Positions 35,726 to 52,200 of a stretch of DNA of 64,000 nt are shown here, one piece after another. The notes beneath the pieces are model-generated. The model was not told the DNA's origin. It ran no database searches and saw nothing but the letters and a program-made list of their open reading frames with translations. Source of the stretch: Ministeria vibrans ATCC 50519 (taxonomy: Eukaryota; Protista; Filasterea); assembly GCA_943704425.1 (NCBI GenBank), contig CALSCP010001856.1:1-64000 (forward strand), written 5' to 3'. Numbering within the stretch: the first letter of the stretch is position 1; each line of letters opens with the position of its first letter. The translations under genes were made by a program, and so were the position numbers.

Positions 35726-36981
35726 TTATTCATCATCGAGATCGCTCCAGTCGAGTTCGTCGTTGATGGCCTCACTTGCAGCAATCTCCAATGGTTTCGA
35801 CGTGAGCCAGTCCTCTTCGCGCAGTTTCCGCTCGAGCACCCACGTTGGAAAACGCCCGGTGGGATCAACCCAGTCCAAACCAGAAAAGGTTCGTTCTGTC
35901 TTTCCCTCTGTCTCACAAAAAAAATATATCAGTGAGAAAAAAATAATAACAAAGGATATAAAATTCACTGTGCTTGAATCCTTCCTTGTACCTTTGATGA
36001 GCACAATTGAAGGCATCATCCAGATTTTTAGTCTCTCAACGAGAAAGGGGCTCTTTTCCGCATCGACCACAATAAACTTGGTTTCCCTACGCAGCGCTCA
36101 AGTGTCAGGCGCCATTCTAATACACAAGTCTCAAACAGACATCATGTAACAACACACACACACACACATACATACATACACACACACACACACAAACCGC
36201 ACATGTGATGTTCAGCAATTTTGCGAAGGTGTTCGTTGAGCGTGTCGCAAATAGTGCTGTCTTTGCGTGCAAAGTGCGCCACACACAAACGACTGCGTTT
36301 TGCCACGGCAAAGAACTCTTTCTCATCAGAGACCCACGAGAGCGCGCCGTGTCCGTTGCTTCGCCACTGGTCTTGGTCCGTCTGCTGTTTCTTCAGTTCC
36401 TACAACACACCACACACAAACATAAGTTGAGTTCACAGTGTCACATATAAAAAAGCAACACATATTCACAACACGCGCCACACACACACACGCGCATACT
36501 ACAGAGCCGGCGCAACCGCGTGTGTTCGCCATGTTTTCGCTAGAACGTGTTGTCCGTTGTGCCTGACAACCAGACAAAAAGTGCCTCCCCCCAAGCCCAA
36601 TGCGAGAAACGCGCGTGTGCGGCCCCATTTCAGTGTGCACATCATCAATACGTGGGTCGTTCACGTTGTGTGCAACAAGGAAGAGCACGCCAGTGTGCCA
36701 GGGGGAAGCGGAGCGGGTTGAGAAACAGGCAACGTGAAAAACCGTTGGGAACACACTGGCGTCGCGGGGGTGTTGCGAGGCGCTGCCCACCTTCATTCTG
36801 TTGAGACGAATAGACGCAAGATCGTCGTCTTTGAGGTTGTCCAGCTTCTCCAGCTGCGCGTCCACGGCGGCCTCCATGGTCGCCACAATCTGACAGGCGC
36901 AGACGATGTGTGAGTGTGCACTGGTAAATACTGTGTGCCTTGCTCCCTTACAGTGTGCGCCAGTGCGTCGTTCTGTGCCAT
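35726..36981 (-). CDS. TXNDC9: Thioredoxin domain-containing protein 9 / phosducin-like 3
   Basis: VDAQLEKLDNLKDDDLASIR; WRSNGHG..DEKEFF; ETKFIVVDAEKSPFLVERLKIWMMPSI. Confidence 0.88.
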
Positions 36982-37118
36982 AATGAGAATGGGGGAACGA
37001 AAGAGTTACAAATAAATTTGAACAAAGTTTATCACATTGAAGATGTCAAAATATGTCCAGCTCTGATTCTCTTCTTCTCACAAGTCACAATTCACATTAA
37101 TTTCGTCTCCCGCCTTTC

Positions 37119-39962
<2,844 letters not shown>

Positions 39963-40147
39963 AATTTATATGACTATGGAAACGAAACAACTTGTTCAAT
40001 AAAACAAAGAGAATGGCTTTCAATTTTTTTTTAATTTTTACTAATCTGATAATAATAATATTATTAATTTATTATTATTATAAGTATTAGTATTATTAAT
40101 TACGACGAGTAATAATTATTATTTTATTATTATAATTTTTTATAACA

Positions 40148-40964
40148 CTACAGTAAATAAGCGTCTTCAGGCGAGTCACCCACCAGCATTTGGAGGTCGA
40201 CGGAGCGGTATTTTTCGGGGTCTTCGGTGAGGGCGGTCTGCTGACTGCGTCTGCGGTTGTGCGCGAGGCGCGCAAAGGGGTTGATGAGGCTTGCGCTGCT
40301 ACCCCGCCGCTCCTGCTGGTGCAGCTGGTCGATGCGCTCGCTCGAGAAGGCAACGGCTGCGCTGTCACCCGCTCGTCGACCTGATGCGTCATCCGTCGTG
40401 TCATCTGAGATCCACAGTTGCGATGAGGACTCGAGATGGTCGGCAAACACCGTGCTGGACGGTCGGCGGCCCTTACTCATTCTCGGTGACGATGGGATGA
40501 CAACTGCCCCACCTGACAGCCTCGTGGGACTGCCTGAGCTCTTGGCCAGTGGAATCAGTCGGCCGCCACCTGCTGTGGGCCTCGTCGTGTGGCCAGGCGA
40601 CGAGGTGCGTAGCGACGATGGCGAATGGAGCAGGAGCGATGTGACACGCACCAGTGGCGAAGATGGTGGCGAGGAGACGATGCGCGCCGAGCCAAATGCG
40701 AGTTCGTCCTCTCCGTCAAAATCAATCATGCTCTCGTTGGCGTAGTCCACGGTGATGGAGCCGTCCTCGGGCATTTCAAAAGAATTCATAAGGTTGCTCA
40801 CGTTGTGAAAGTCCGGCCGGTCGTGTAGGTATCCGTAACTGTCCTCCTCTTCATTGTCATCGCAGGGCAAAACGACAAAGTCACCAAGTCCACTCGAGAG
40901 ATTTCGCATGAGAATCTCGGGCTCGCCCGCCAGTCGTTGTGCCGCTGTGCTGCGCTTCGAAGAC

Positions 40965-41031
<67 letters not shown>

Positions 41032-43342
41032 GACGTTGTTGTTGACGTTGTTGTTGACGTTGTTGTTGATGTTGTTGTTGTCGTTTGATGCTGTCTCTAC
41101 GAGGCTCGCGACGTCGCCCGCGTGAAGGGGGGGGAGGAGATGCCATGGGCAGCTGATGTGATTCATCGCGCTGCTCTGCGTCCGTGTGCCACTCGCGATT
41201 GTCGCTTCTCTGCTCGTGAACGTCGGTAAAGGCCGAGCTCCAGAAGGTACCGGATGAGCGAGTTTGCACCGACTGTTGCATTGCTTGCATCATGGCCACG
41301 TCGGTGGGATCCATGAGACTCGTCGTGGTCGAAGCAAGGCGCCGGCGTGCAACATCGGAGACGCATACTGTTGCTCAAGCGGCCGCTGGTACTGTCTGGG
41401 ACGGCTGCCGCGTGGGTCGGAAACCCTGCCATGTGTCTGCCGTTGCCTCTTGGCAAGATGGCGTCGACGCGCACACACAATGAGAAGGGAGGCGATCACA
41501 AGCACAGCAACGATGCCAACGACCGTCAGAGGCACAGCCAGGGGCGTCTGTTGGTGGTCTACGACCGCACCCATGGACGGGTCAAAGAGCACGGCAAAGT
41601 TTGACAGATGGGTACACGAGCAGATGACAGCTACACCAACGCGAGATGTCAGTTTGCATCCGTGCGCGCTCCACTTGCTCGCCGAGAAATCCCACGCGAC
41701 ACACTGGAGTTGCGAGGTGCTTGCGCTTGCGTTGAACAGGGTCAGGGTGAGGTGCACCTGGCTGTCGCCGGGCAATGGACTGGGTAGACTTAGCCGAGAG
41801 AAGGTTGCCGTGGCAACGTTGGACACAACCGACTGTGTTGGAGGCGAGGTCAATTGCGAGAAAAAGACACTGCTTGACATGACGTTGAGCACCAATGGTG
41901 TGCACAAGCCATCCAAAAGCGACGGCGATGACTGAGCCTCGATATACTTTGCAAGAGACGCATCTGTCGCAATGCGGGCGTTTCCCTCGGCAACACCATT
42001 CACAAGCGCTGTTTGATTCACGCGCCGCGCTGTCGCATGGATGGCATTGTTGGTCGAGACAAATGCGACGCGTGTGCTGCACGCAGTATTAGTTGTGGAA
42101 ACAAGGCTTGTAAACGAGAGACGCTCGAGTACCAGAGAAGGTGGCTCGAGCGCATCTCTAGCGGCGCTTAGAGCAGCGGGAGTGTTCGAGGCCGCGAGCG
42201 AGACACTCATGATTTGAACAAGACCATGTGTCGCGGTCGACGACCTTTCGCTCAAGTTGGCGGCACGCTCGACAAACCCAAACACGCTTGTGAGTGTCGC
42301 CTGCGACAGCACCGCCGAGTCGTTGCCATAGACAACAATGACCGACACGAGTGCGTCGATGTTGTGCTCGTTCAAAGGGTGAGCTGCTGCCACTGCAACC
42401 ACAGCGTTGGAGGGCGCGGCCGCCACTGTTCCAACCAGTGTCTGTACCACCTGATTGTCTGAGGCGACTTGCTCGCAGCGTTCGCCATTGTAGCCAAGTT
42501 GACAGAAGCAGGTGTTGTCCACGCAACTGGCGCCATGGAGACACGGACTTGAGGCACAGTGGTCCTGCACAAGCGAAGTCTCGCACACCGAACCCGTATA
42601 GCCGGTCAGGCACATACATTCGAACAGGTTTGCCATTGCCCCTTCGCTGCAGACTCCGCCATTGTTGCACGGCGACGACACACACTCGTCAATATCCATG
42701 GAGCACGTCGCACCAGTGAATCCAGGACGGCATGCACATTCAAACAAGTCTGACGTCGCCCCTTCGCTGCAGACTCCGCCATTGTTGCACGGCGACGACA
42801 CACACTCATCTACGTCGACTTCACAGAGTGTCCCAGTAAATCCTGAAGCACACACACACTGAAACGAGCCGGCGATGGCCCCGGCTACGCAGCTGGCGCT
42901 GTTGGCACACGGTGAAGATTGACACGTCAACTCGGCGTCAATTCCTGCCAAAAAAGAAAAATAGTGGAGAGTCACAAATGAGAAGATTCGCCTCGACACG
43001 CTAGTCTACAGTCGTCAACCAGTGACACTTGCAAACCACATACAGTTGTAACTATTCATATAATTTGAGACACAATAAAAAAAGAACGTCGTGAGCCAAA
43101 TATCGCATAAAATTCCTTCCTCATTCCTTCCGGGACGCTCAACATGTCGTCGCCATGCCCCTTCTCTTTCTCCCACGACTTAAATAGTAGTGTCTGTCCG
43201 TATGCAATACACTACCCGCTCGCACGACGCAATGCTTCAATTCAGAGAACCCGGTATCTGACGTCACGATGAAGTCACGTTGATTACCTCGTAAGAGTGC
43301 AACTGAAAAAAGAATGAAAAGAACGGTTGTTCCTGCAATCAT
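40148..43342 (-). CDS. EGF x4, GAIN/GPS, single-TM receptor; cytoplasmic tail split between two reading frames (polyQ frame 40148-41314)
   Basis: Signal peptide MIAGTTVLFILFSVALL; DVDEC/DIDEC EGF domains; GPS CVAWDF..WSAHGC..CSCTHLSNFAVLF; one TM followed by RRRH; the frame join near 41300-41380 is unresolved. Confidence 0.75.
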
Positions 43343-43716
43343 GCTATACACAGTGACACACACTTGTGTCCCAAGACGAAAGGCTTCTGATCACAGCGCT
43401 GGCAAACAAAAAAAGAGTGAGAGTGAAAGAAGATTTGCGGTTTGCCTACTAAAACGTTTTTAACAAAGTCGCACATAAAATCCAGTCATATATTGTCAGT
43501 GGAGACTGGAGAGTGAGTGAAGTGACTCTGATTTCTGAACTGATTTAATATGATTTTGTACAATATTTATTGTATTGATTTTACACTTTACTCAGAAATA
43601 ATACATTGAAGCGTTAAACAATGCTTCCGCCATAGGTTGAGCGCAAAAGAATAAATGGAAAGATGGAGCACCCATAGACGCCCACAAGTACAAATAATGA
43701 CAGTAACAAATAATAC

Positions 43717-46700
43717 CTAAATTTGGACACAATCAAGAGCATCGCTTGCCTCCTGAAAACTCGGTCGGTCACTCGCAACCTGTTTCCAACACCGTTCAAT
43801 AAGGTTCGCCAGATCAGCAGGTGCTTCGTGGGGAATCAAAGGTCGTTCGCCAAGCTCCACAGCTTCATTTACTTGCCACACAGGCAAGGCCGAAAACGGA
43901 AACTCGCGCGCACAAATCTCCCACATTACAATGGCAAAGGAAAACACATCGGCCGCAAGACCAACCTGTCCACCCACAGTCAGCGCCTCGGGCGCACACC
44001 AACCAGGTGTACCTCGTCGTGACGTCACCTCTCGCGACGACGCCGACACCTTCCCACCATGTTGTCCCTTGCCGGGCACACCAGTCTCAAATCCACGCAG
44101 TGCCGAGATTGCTCGCGACTCGCCAAAGTCTGCAATCTTCAATAAAAGAAGGGACCCGACAGTTCAATAATTACCTTTTATGCACAAACAATTTATGTTT
44201 TTTGATACCTTTGCAATCCAACGGTTGTTCAAAAGCACATTGAGACTCTTGAGGTCGCGGTGGAGCACAGGCGGATCGCGTTGATGCAAAAACTGCATGC
44301 CACGCGCCACATCACTCGCAATGCCCACACGCACATCCCACGCCAGCTCGTCCGGTCCATGCAATAGCTTGTCCAGACTCCCTCGCTCCATGTACTCCAA
44401 CACAAGGAAGGGACATCGCGCCTGCTCCAGTCGTCCCGCCCCAAAAAACAACACAATGTTGCGGTGTCGGATTCCCTTCAGAAATTCAACCTCCCGATTG
44501 AAATCTCGAATCATTTCGTCGTCCGTCTCTGCCACTTCCATCCGCAGCTTCTTCACTGCCACTACACGTCCCAGCCACTCCCCTATCCACACCTAAAAAA
44601 AACAAAAAAAAACACAATGATTATAATTACTCTTGCTAAAAAAAATTTATTTATATCATGTCCAACAATAGAACGACTCTCTCTCTATCACTTTGTTTCT
44701 TTTTCCCTCCTCTCTATCAGTTTGTTTCTTTTTCCCTCCTCTCTATCGCTTTGTTTCTTTTTCCCTCCTCTCTATCACTTTGTTTCTTTTTCCCTCCTCT
44801 CTATCACTTTGTTTCTTTTTCCCTCCGCTCTATCACTTTGTTTCTTTTTCCCTCCTCTCTATCACTTTGTTTCTTTCTCCCTCCCCTCTATCAATTTGTT
44901 TCTTTCTCCCTCCCCTCTATCAATTTGTTTCTTTCTCCCTCCTCTCTCTCTCTCTCTCTCGAATACTTTCTTTTCTTTATCTTTATAGCTTCCTTACCTC
45001 GCCTGAAGCACCGGCAGCCAACTTACGCTCAAAGTGCACGTCACGCTCGGCAACCTGCCAAATTTGATTGACATCGTTCAGAAGGCGCTCGTAGATGCCG
45101 CGAGTCTGGGCGACGGCTCGTCGTCGTCGTCGTCCCGCAACAAGCCACACGGCCAGGATGGCAATGAGCACGGCGACTGTGGCGGACACACCCGCCACCA
45201 CAGGCGTGTTGTTGGCCGCACGAATGCATCCGGCTACGCCACTGGCAGTGCATCCACGTGTGCAAGTGGAGTCGCACGGCTCACACGAGCCCGCCGGTGA
45301 GGTGAAGGTGTCAACAGGACACGTGTGAACGCAGGAAGGAACGTTGGAGATGGCAAGCTGAGCAGCCGTCTGGGGCTGCAAGTTCAACAATCCACCGGCG
45401 CACTCACACGTCAAGTTGTAGGTGTAGCTGAGGCCGCCTGCGCCAAACTCAATCGGCGCATGGGCCACACAGGCGCCTTGACTGCAGATACTGGGCATAC
45501 ACTGATAGGCATAGGCACAGCGAGGACCATGAAAGCCCGGCGGGCAGCAGTCACGCGGTGACGGTGACGAGCACCCACCAATGCCGCCCGGAGTGCACAA
45601 CGTCGAGCAGACACCGTCGCAAAGCGGATAGGTACCGGCAATGTTGGGCGGACATGCCGGTCCCAAAAAGCCCGTGTTGTTCAGGATGTTCAGTAAACCC
45701 CAGGCACGCGTGAAGGGCAGCGTGTCCGTGACAATGGCCGACAACTCATTGTCGCACAGGTCCAGACCACCGAGAGGTGGCACAATAAAGCTGCCTTTCA
45801 AATCGTTGTGACCCACGTTGAAGGTGAGCAGACGCAGACGCGTCTCCGAGTAGAACGAGAAGAGGTACAACAGCGTGTCGGTGGTAAGGTCGTTGCTCTC
45901 CAAGTCAATAAAGGTGAGGTTTGCAAGCGGCACCAACGTGGCCGGGTCCAACGTGCGAATGTGGTTGTCGTTCAAAAAGAGCATTTGAAGCGAGACGGGG
46001 AGACCGGTGGGGACCGAGAGAAGAACGTTCGACTGAAGCGAGAGGGTGTACAGCGAGTCCCAATTGGCAAAGACATCATCCGCACGCGTTAGATCGTTGC
46101 CCGCCAGACTAAACGTGCGCAGATGCGACAGAGCGTCAAGCCAACAGCTGTCTACCGATGCAAGTTGGTTGTCCATAAGGTAGAGCGAATTGAGACGCAC
46201 AGTGTCAAAGAGACCACATGGAATCGACACAATTGAATTGTTTGAGGCGTTCAGGTGGTGCAACGACACGGTCGCGTCAAAAGAGCCCGCAGGCAACGAC
46301 ACGATGCCGTTGGAGGTGATCGACAGAGACACAAGCGAACGAAGCGAGCCAAGTGCAGCGACGGGGTAGTCGGTGAGAAGACACGAGTCAAGAAGCAACG
46401 TTTGAAGTGTGTGCACCGCCGAGAAGAGCGTTGCTGGCAGCTCCGTGATGGGGTTGTTCTGAAGGTGGAGTGTACGCAGGAGGGTGAGCGACGCAAAGGT
46501 ATCGCTGGGCACACTGGTAAGCCGGTTGTTGGAGAGGCTGAGTGTGCTCAGTCGCGACATGCTCTGGATGGCCTGAGGGACGGTATCCAAATAGTTGTCG
46601 TCAAGATACAGCTGCGAGATGGTGCCCGTGATCACAACAATTGGCGGCAGCCGCGTGACGTAGGCACGTCGTGCCGAAAGAGTACGCAGCGCGCTGAGCT

Positions 46701-49041
46701 GCGCCACCGGCTGTGGCAAGCCGTCTACCAGCAAATTGCCGTCGAGGATAAGCTCTTGCAATGAGTAGGCGCCCACGGAAAAGACGGCGTCGGGCAAGTA
46801 AATGAGGTGGTTGTCGGTCAGGTTCAAAGAGAGGAGCGTGGGCATGCTGTAAAAGGCATTCTCGGGAACGGCTGTCATGCCCACGTTGGCAATACTGAGT
46901 TCAACAAGACTGGAGACGCGCGATACGGCCAGAGGAACCGTGCCCAAAGGATTTCCATCGAGGATAAGAGTCGCGAGCGTGTTGGTGGCGTTGAAGAGAT
47001 CATCGGGGAGCAAAGAGAGACCGCAGTTCGCAAGTGAGAGCGTCACAAGATGTACCATCGAGGCAAACGCGTCCGCCGGCAACGTCGTAATGGCCGTGTT
47101 GTCGAGGCGCAATTCGTTGAGGTTGTTAAGAAAGTACTGCGAATGCGAGGCGCGCTGGAGCGCGGCTGGATAAGCTCCCAAAGGATTATTGGACAAGTCG
47201 ATGGTGCTGACAAAGTGAAGAGCGTCAAACGAATTGGGAGCGATTGATTGGGCGGTCAGCTCATTGTCAGCGAGCAGCACAGTGTTGCCGAGAACCTGCA
47301 CGCACGCAAGCGCGCCACTCGGGAGTGCCGTAAGACCCGTTGCAGTAAGATCCAGAATGGCAACAAGGTTAGTGAGCAGAGTGAGCGCCGATGGAACGCT
47401 GCCCAGAGGATTGTGGTCCAGTTTGAGGTGGTGGATGCCTGGGGTCATGTTGAATACACCATGTGCAATGGAGGATGCGGTGAGACGATTGTATGACAGG
47501 TCGAGCAGGGTCCCTCCAGCGGCGGGAAGTGACGCAAGAGCACCCCAAGGAAGCTCGGTGAGACCCACTGCCGAGAGAGTGAGCGTCACAATGGACTTGA
47601 GACCCCGACTGTTCGGGGTGAGGGCCACGGGCCACTTGGCGCCCAGCGGGTTGCGCGACAGGCCAAGCACTTCAAGGTTGGTTGTGCTGTTGAACACGAG
47701 TGCCGGAAGGTTCGACAGCTGATTCTGTTCAAGAATAAGTGATGCAAGACGTGGCATCTGTCGAAAGGCGTGCTCGGGAAGACTGCGTAGGGAGCAGGCG
47801 CGCATCTCCAGCGTCTCCAGCGTTGGCAGAGGGTACTTCAGGAGAGCGCCAGGGAACTCGTCGAGCAACGGATTGTCGTTGAGCTGCAGCTTCGACAGAG
47901 AGGTGGCGCCGGCAAAGACATTGACATCAATAGACTGACTTGTGAGTAAATTGCCATCGAGAAGGAGCCAGTCAATAACGCCGGCACTGGCGCCAAGCGC
48001 GTTTGCCGGGAGCACTTTAAGGTTGGCGTACGAAAGGTCGACGATGCCCAGACCCCCGAGTGACAACAGGGCTGCGGGCCAGGCGTCCAGCGGATTGTTT
48101 GCAAGCGAAATGTCGCTGAGAACGGGTGTTGGTTGGAATACTGCCGCATCCAGAGAGTTGGTGTTCAGCTGGTTGTCGGACAAGTCTAGCTTGCTCATGG
48201 AAGGCATGCCGCTGAAGGAAGTCGCAGGCAGCGAAGAAATAAGGGTATCTGCAAGCGCCAGCGTCTGAAGGTTGGGCAATGGAGCAGCCACAATAGCGGT
48301 GGGCAGATTGCCAAGAGGGTTCCCCGTAAAATTGAGTGACTGCAGAGCAGGAAGTGAGTGAAAGGCGCGCGGGGCAATCGTCGCATTAGAGAGAGCATTG
48401 AAGGCCAGCGAGAGCACATTCAGACTGGGCATGCTTGCAAAGTCGTCGTCTGACACGGAGCGCAAGCCCACGCCGTTGAGACTGAGCACTGCGAGGTTGG
48501 TGAGGCCGGGCGTGTCGAGAAGGCCGTTGGGTATTCTGATGAACGTGTTTCCGTCCAGTGTGAGTTGCTCCAGACTCGTTGCGTTGGCAAAGACACCCGC
48601 TTGCAGCGTGGCATACGTAAGCAAGTTGTGCTGGACGGAGAGCAAGGTCAGACGCGGCATGCGGAGGAGAGAGTTGGCGTAGAGCCCTTGCAGTCCGGTG
48701 TTGTCGAGCGACAGACGAACGAGGCTCGGAAGCGCACCCACCGCAAGCGCCCGGGGGTACAGGCTCAAGGGGTTGTTCGACATGTCTAATTCGACCAAAT
48801 GCAGCATGCCGGCGAAGGCATCGAGCGGAATGGCGTTGGTTGTCAGCGCATTGTCGCTCAAATCCACACTCGTTGCGTTGTGCGGCAGCCGTGGCAGTGC
48901 AGTCAAGCCCTGGCCGCTGCAGTTGACCGAATAGATCGAAGGTTGCTGAAAACACACGCATACTAAGCACGCGTCCGTTTCGCCGCCCACGGGGTGCGTC
49001 GCAAGGCTCAGCGTTAGTGCGATAAACACAACAGCGAACAT
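43717..49041 (-). CDS. LRR receptor kinase: signal peptide, LRRNT, about 40 LRRs, Cys-rich region, TM, TKL-type kinase; 3 exons
   Basis: LxxLxLxxNxL repeats over about 1050 aa; TM VVAGVSATVAVLIAILAVWLV followed by RRRRR; AAGASGEV, VAVKKL, HRDLKSLNVL, DFG, GTPGWCAPE. Confidence 0.92.
44678..44940. repeat. Intronic minisatellite CTCTATCACTTTGTTTCTTTTTCCCTC, about 9 units
   Basis: Same TATCACTTTGTT core as the other intronic repeats, on the opposite strand relative to the host gene. Confidence 0.9.
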
Positions 49042-49291
49042 GTAACAAAATAATAATAATAATTATTATAATAATAATGATTATTAATTTTTTTAATTTA
49101 TTCAATTATTCTAGAGTTTCGGTTGAGTTTGCAAGGTGGTCTGGCTGTGTCTTCGCGTGGTGACTGTACCATTAAAAATAAATGGGTTGTATTCTTTTTC
49201 TTCTTCTCAATTATTGCTGTTGTAGAATAGTATTGGCTGTTATAATGTTTATTGTTGTACAATCTCAAAAGATGCATGTCTCTCATGATCA

Positions 49292-52200
49292 TCAGACCGC
49301 GATTGAGTTCAAATATTCGTCTTCTTGCAACGCCGACAACTCGATTGAAAGACCCTCGACGGGGCGATCTAAACTCCCGCTGCTTTGGCTGCCACCAAAT
49401 GGTCGAACGAGCCGTCCGAACCAGCTCGTACGACGATTTTCAGAGGTAGCACTCGCGATTGGCATGGCATGTGCACCCCGGCCGCCTTCCTCAAACGACT
49501 CATCGTTGTCCGATACCCAATATTGTGCGCGGTCTGGAGTTTCAAAGTCGTAAGTGGACAGTGAACGAGTGCCGCTGACAGGCAAGGCATTGTTGCTGCT
49601 GCGGTTGATGCGTGAGCGCGCCATTGGTGACGTGATGGGTGAGAGGGAATTGAGGGGAGACTGACTGCCGTGAAATACATTGAGGTGACTCGACGTGGGG
49701 CTTCCAAAAGGACTTGGAGTGGACGCGGCCAGAAGCCCGTACGAGCCGGTCTCCGGCGAGTAAGCGAGCGTCTGAAACGATGAGTGTGTCGTGGGCGGAC
49801 TCGACAAGGGCGACGACGGCAACACAGTGAGACCCTGCACTTCGGACGAGCTCGAGGTGGCACGCAGCATCTCTGTGCGCGTTGCCGCGGAGCTTTTGTT
49901 GTCCTTGGACGACGACTCGGACGATTTGCTACGGCTCGCCGACGTCTTGTGGCCTCGTTGCGACTGGCCCGTGCCACCACCTGTCCGCGTTGTGCCTCGG
50001 CTGGTCGCCGAGCGAGTGCGCAGTCGAATGGACGAGAGCAGCTCGAGGAAGCCAGAGCGAGCCTTTTGCGCAAGCACGTAGTTGACAAAGAGAAACAGCC
50101 CCAGGGCACCGTTGCACACCGAGAAGAGGTAGTGCCACACCACAGAGGAGTGCGCAACCACAAAAAAGGCAAAGATCCACGAGGCACCGAGCAGAAACGC
50201 CAACGAAATGGCCACCGACACGCGCGACTGTCGAAGGTGCGCTGGAAGTTGTTTCTGTTGACGTCGCAGCGACAAAACAATGCGAATGCACAGAGCCAGG
50301 TTGATCACGAGCACCGTGGCAATAGGGGCGAACACGACAGCAATAAGACGCTCGCTCGACTCCACAAAACACACACTGCCAATGTTGACGTATGCTGAGC
50401 CAAAAGAAGTGGTTGGGAGTGCAGCCAAGGTGATCACGTAAATAAGCATGATGAGTGCGGGCACACCCACAACGGCAAGGGCCATGGCAACCACAATGCG
50501 TTTGGTGAGAGGGATCGCATCGCGAAGCAGCCGGTGAAAGCCCACGCCGATGCAGAGCACGGCCGTAAACTGCGCCAGAAGACTGTAGTGCAAAAGCATG
50601 CCAAGGGCGAAGCAACCCGAAGTGTTCGAGGGGGGCGCCACGAGTGAGTTGACAAGGAAAAAGAGCTCGGTGCAGAAAATGGCGGCGCTGCAAATCATCA
50701 CAAGAATGATCGGGCGAGTGCGCAGTTTGGGCACGGCCAGGTACACTGCGAGGAGACTGCCGCTGCCAAAGAGCGCCAGGGCGACGCCAATCCACGAGAC
50801 GACAGCGAGTGCCGGCGCGTTGACAGCTGAGTGGAGCGCCGTGTAGCCATTGACGTCAAAGAGTACGGCAAAATTTGTCATGTGCGTGCAGTTGCAGGAG
50901 ACACTTGAGGCTTTGCGCGCCACCACAACGCAGCCAGCGCTCGACCATTCCTGTGTGGCAAAGTCCCAAGCGACACATTGAAGGGATGCGTCGGACGGCA
51001 CGTCGGTGGTAGTCAGTGGCAAACTGAGCGAGACGGAGGTGTTGAGTGGCAGAGGGTTAGGAAGCGAAAGTGACGAGAAGGTGGCCGTGAGCACGGGACT
51101 GACAATGATCTGCGCTGAGGCATTAATATTGGCACGCGGGAAAAACGACTCGTCTGCCATCAAATTAAGTACGAGTGGGACACACGAGGCGCCAGTGGAA
51201 AGCACGCCGGAGGCGGAAGCAAGCGATGCTGCATTAAATGTGGTCAGGGGCACCGTACTCGTGGAGAGTGATGCAAGGCCAAAGCCGTTGCCACTTTGGG
51301 CCTGCCCCGAAAGCGTGAGAGCACCGTCGAGCGTGGAAAAGGAGCGACCGTGCATGGCACAAGAATCGCTGCTATTTTCTGGCAGTTGGAGCATTTGATG
51401 TGCCATAGACTCCATCAGAGGTGCAGGGGACACGCCTGCGGCAACGATTGCCAAGGAGGAGCGCATCAGCGCTCCAAAAACCTCAGCGAGATTCTGCATG
51501 GTCTCATTGGAGGCCGAGTGTAAATTCGTAGAGACCAGGGTGGAATTGACGAAGGAAAGGAGGTCGTTGACTTCGGCGGGGGTGTGCAGCACAACGGGAC
51601 TTGCGGTAAACGAGTGCGCGACCGCCGAGAGTGCAACAAGGCTGTCGTCATTGACAGGACTGCCCGCAAGTGCATGAAGTACGGTTGCCGTTGTGGTGGG
51701 CATTCCAGTGCCCACGAGAGACTGTGCGGTGTCGGCTGACGAGTGATACGTCTCGCAGAGCGTGCCAGTGCGATACAAAGGACACTCACAGGTAAAGCCA
51801 TCGGCCGGGATGGAAAGACACGTGGCCGTTGCGTGACATGGTGACGACACACACCGATCGAGGTCCGTCTCACAGAGTTCGCCATCAAATCCTGCGGGGC
51901 ACACGCAGCTGAAAGAGTCGGCGTGCGCCTCACAGGTGGCATCATTGAGACAGGGGTCGGACGAGCAGAGGGTGTCGGCACACGTGGTACCAAAGAACCC
52001 TTCGGGGCACTGGCAAGTGCCGCTGGTGGAAACAAGACATTCGGCCTGGACACGTACGTGGAAATTGCTCCACTTCGTGTAGCCACTCACGTAACAGGTG
52101 TGCGTGCGCTGGTCGCACTTGGCATCCGATGCAAACGTGCCGTGTGCCAAGTATGGCTTGTTTACAATGGTGCGTTGCAGCAACTCACCAGTGGTCGCGT

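Noticed and set aside
36560-36765. 11-bp stem (36687-36697 with 36752-36762) and a TGATGA..CTGA in a TXNDC9 intron, a possible snoRNA
   Set aside because: No properly spaced terminal D box or ACA box was found; evidence is too thin
42480-42930. Idea that the luminal JmjC enzymes act as AspH-like EGF hydroxylases on canonical sites
   Set aside because: The EGF domains in this window lack the C-x-D/N-x4-F/Y-x-C consensus, so only a non-canonical substrate hypothesis remains
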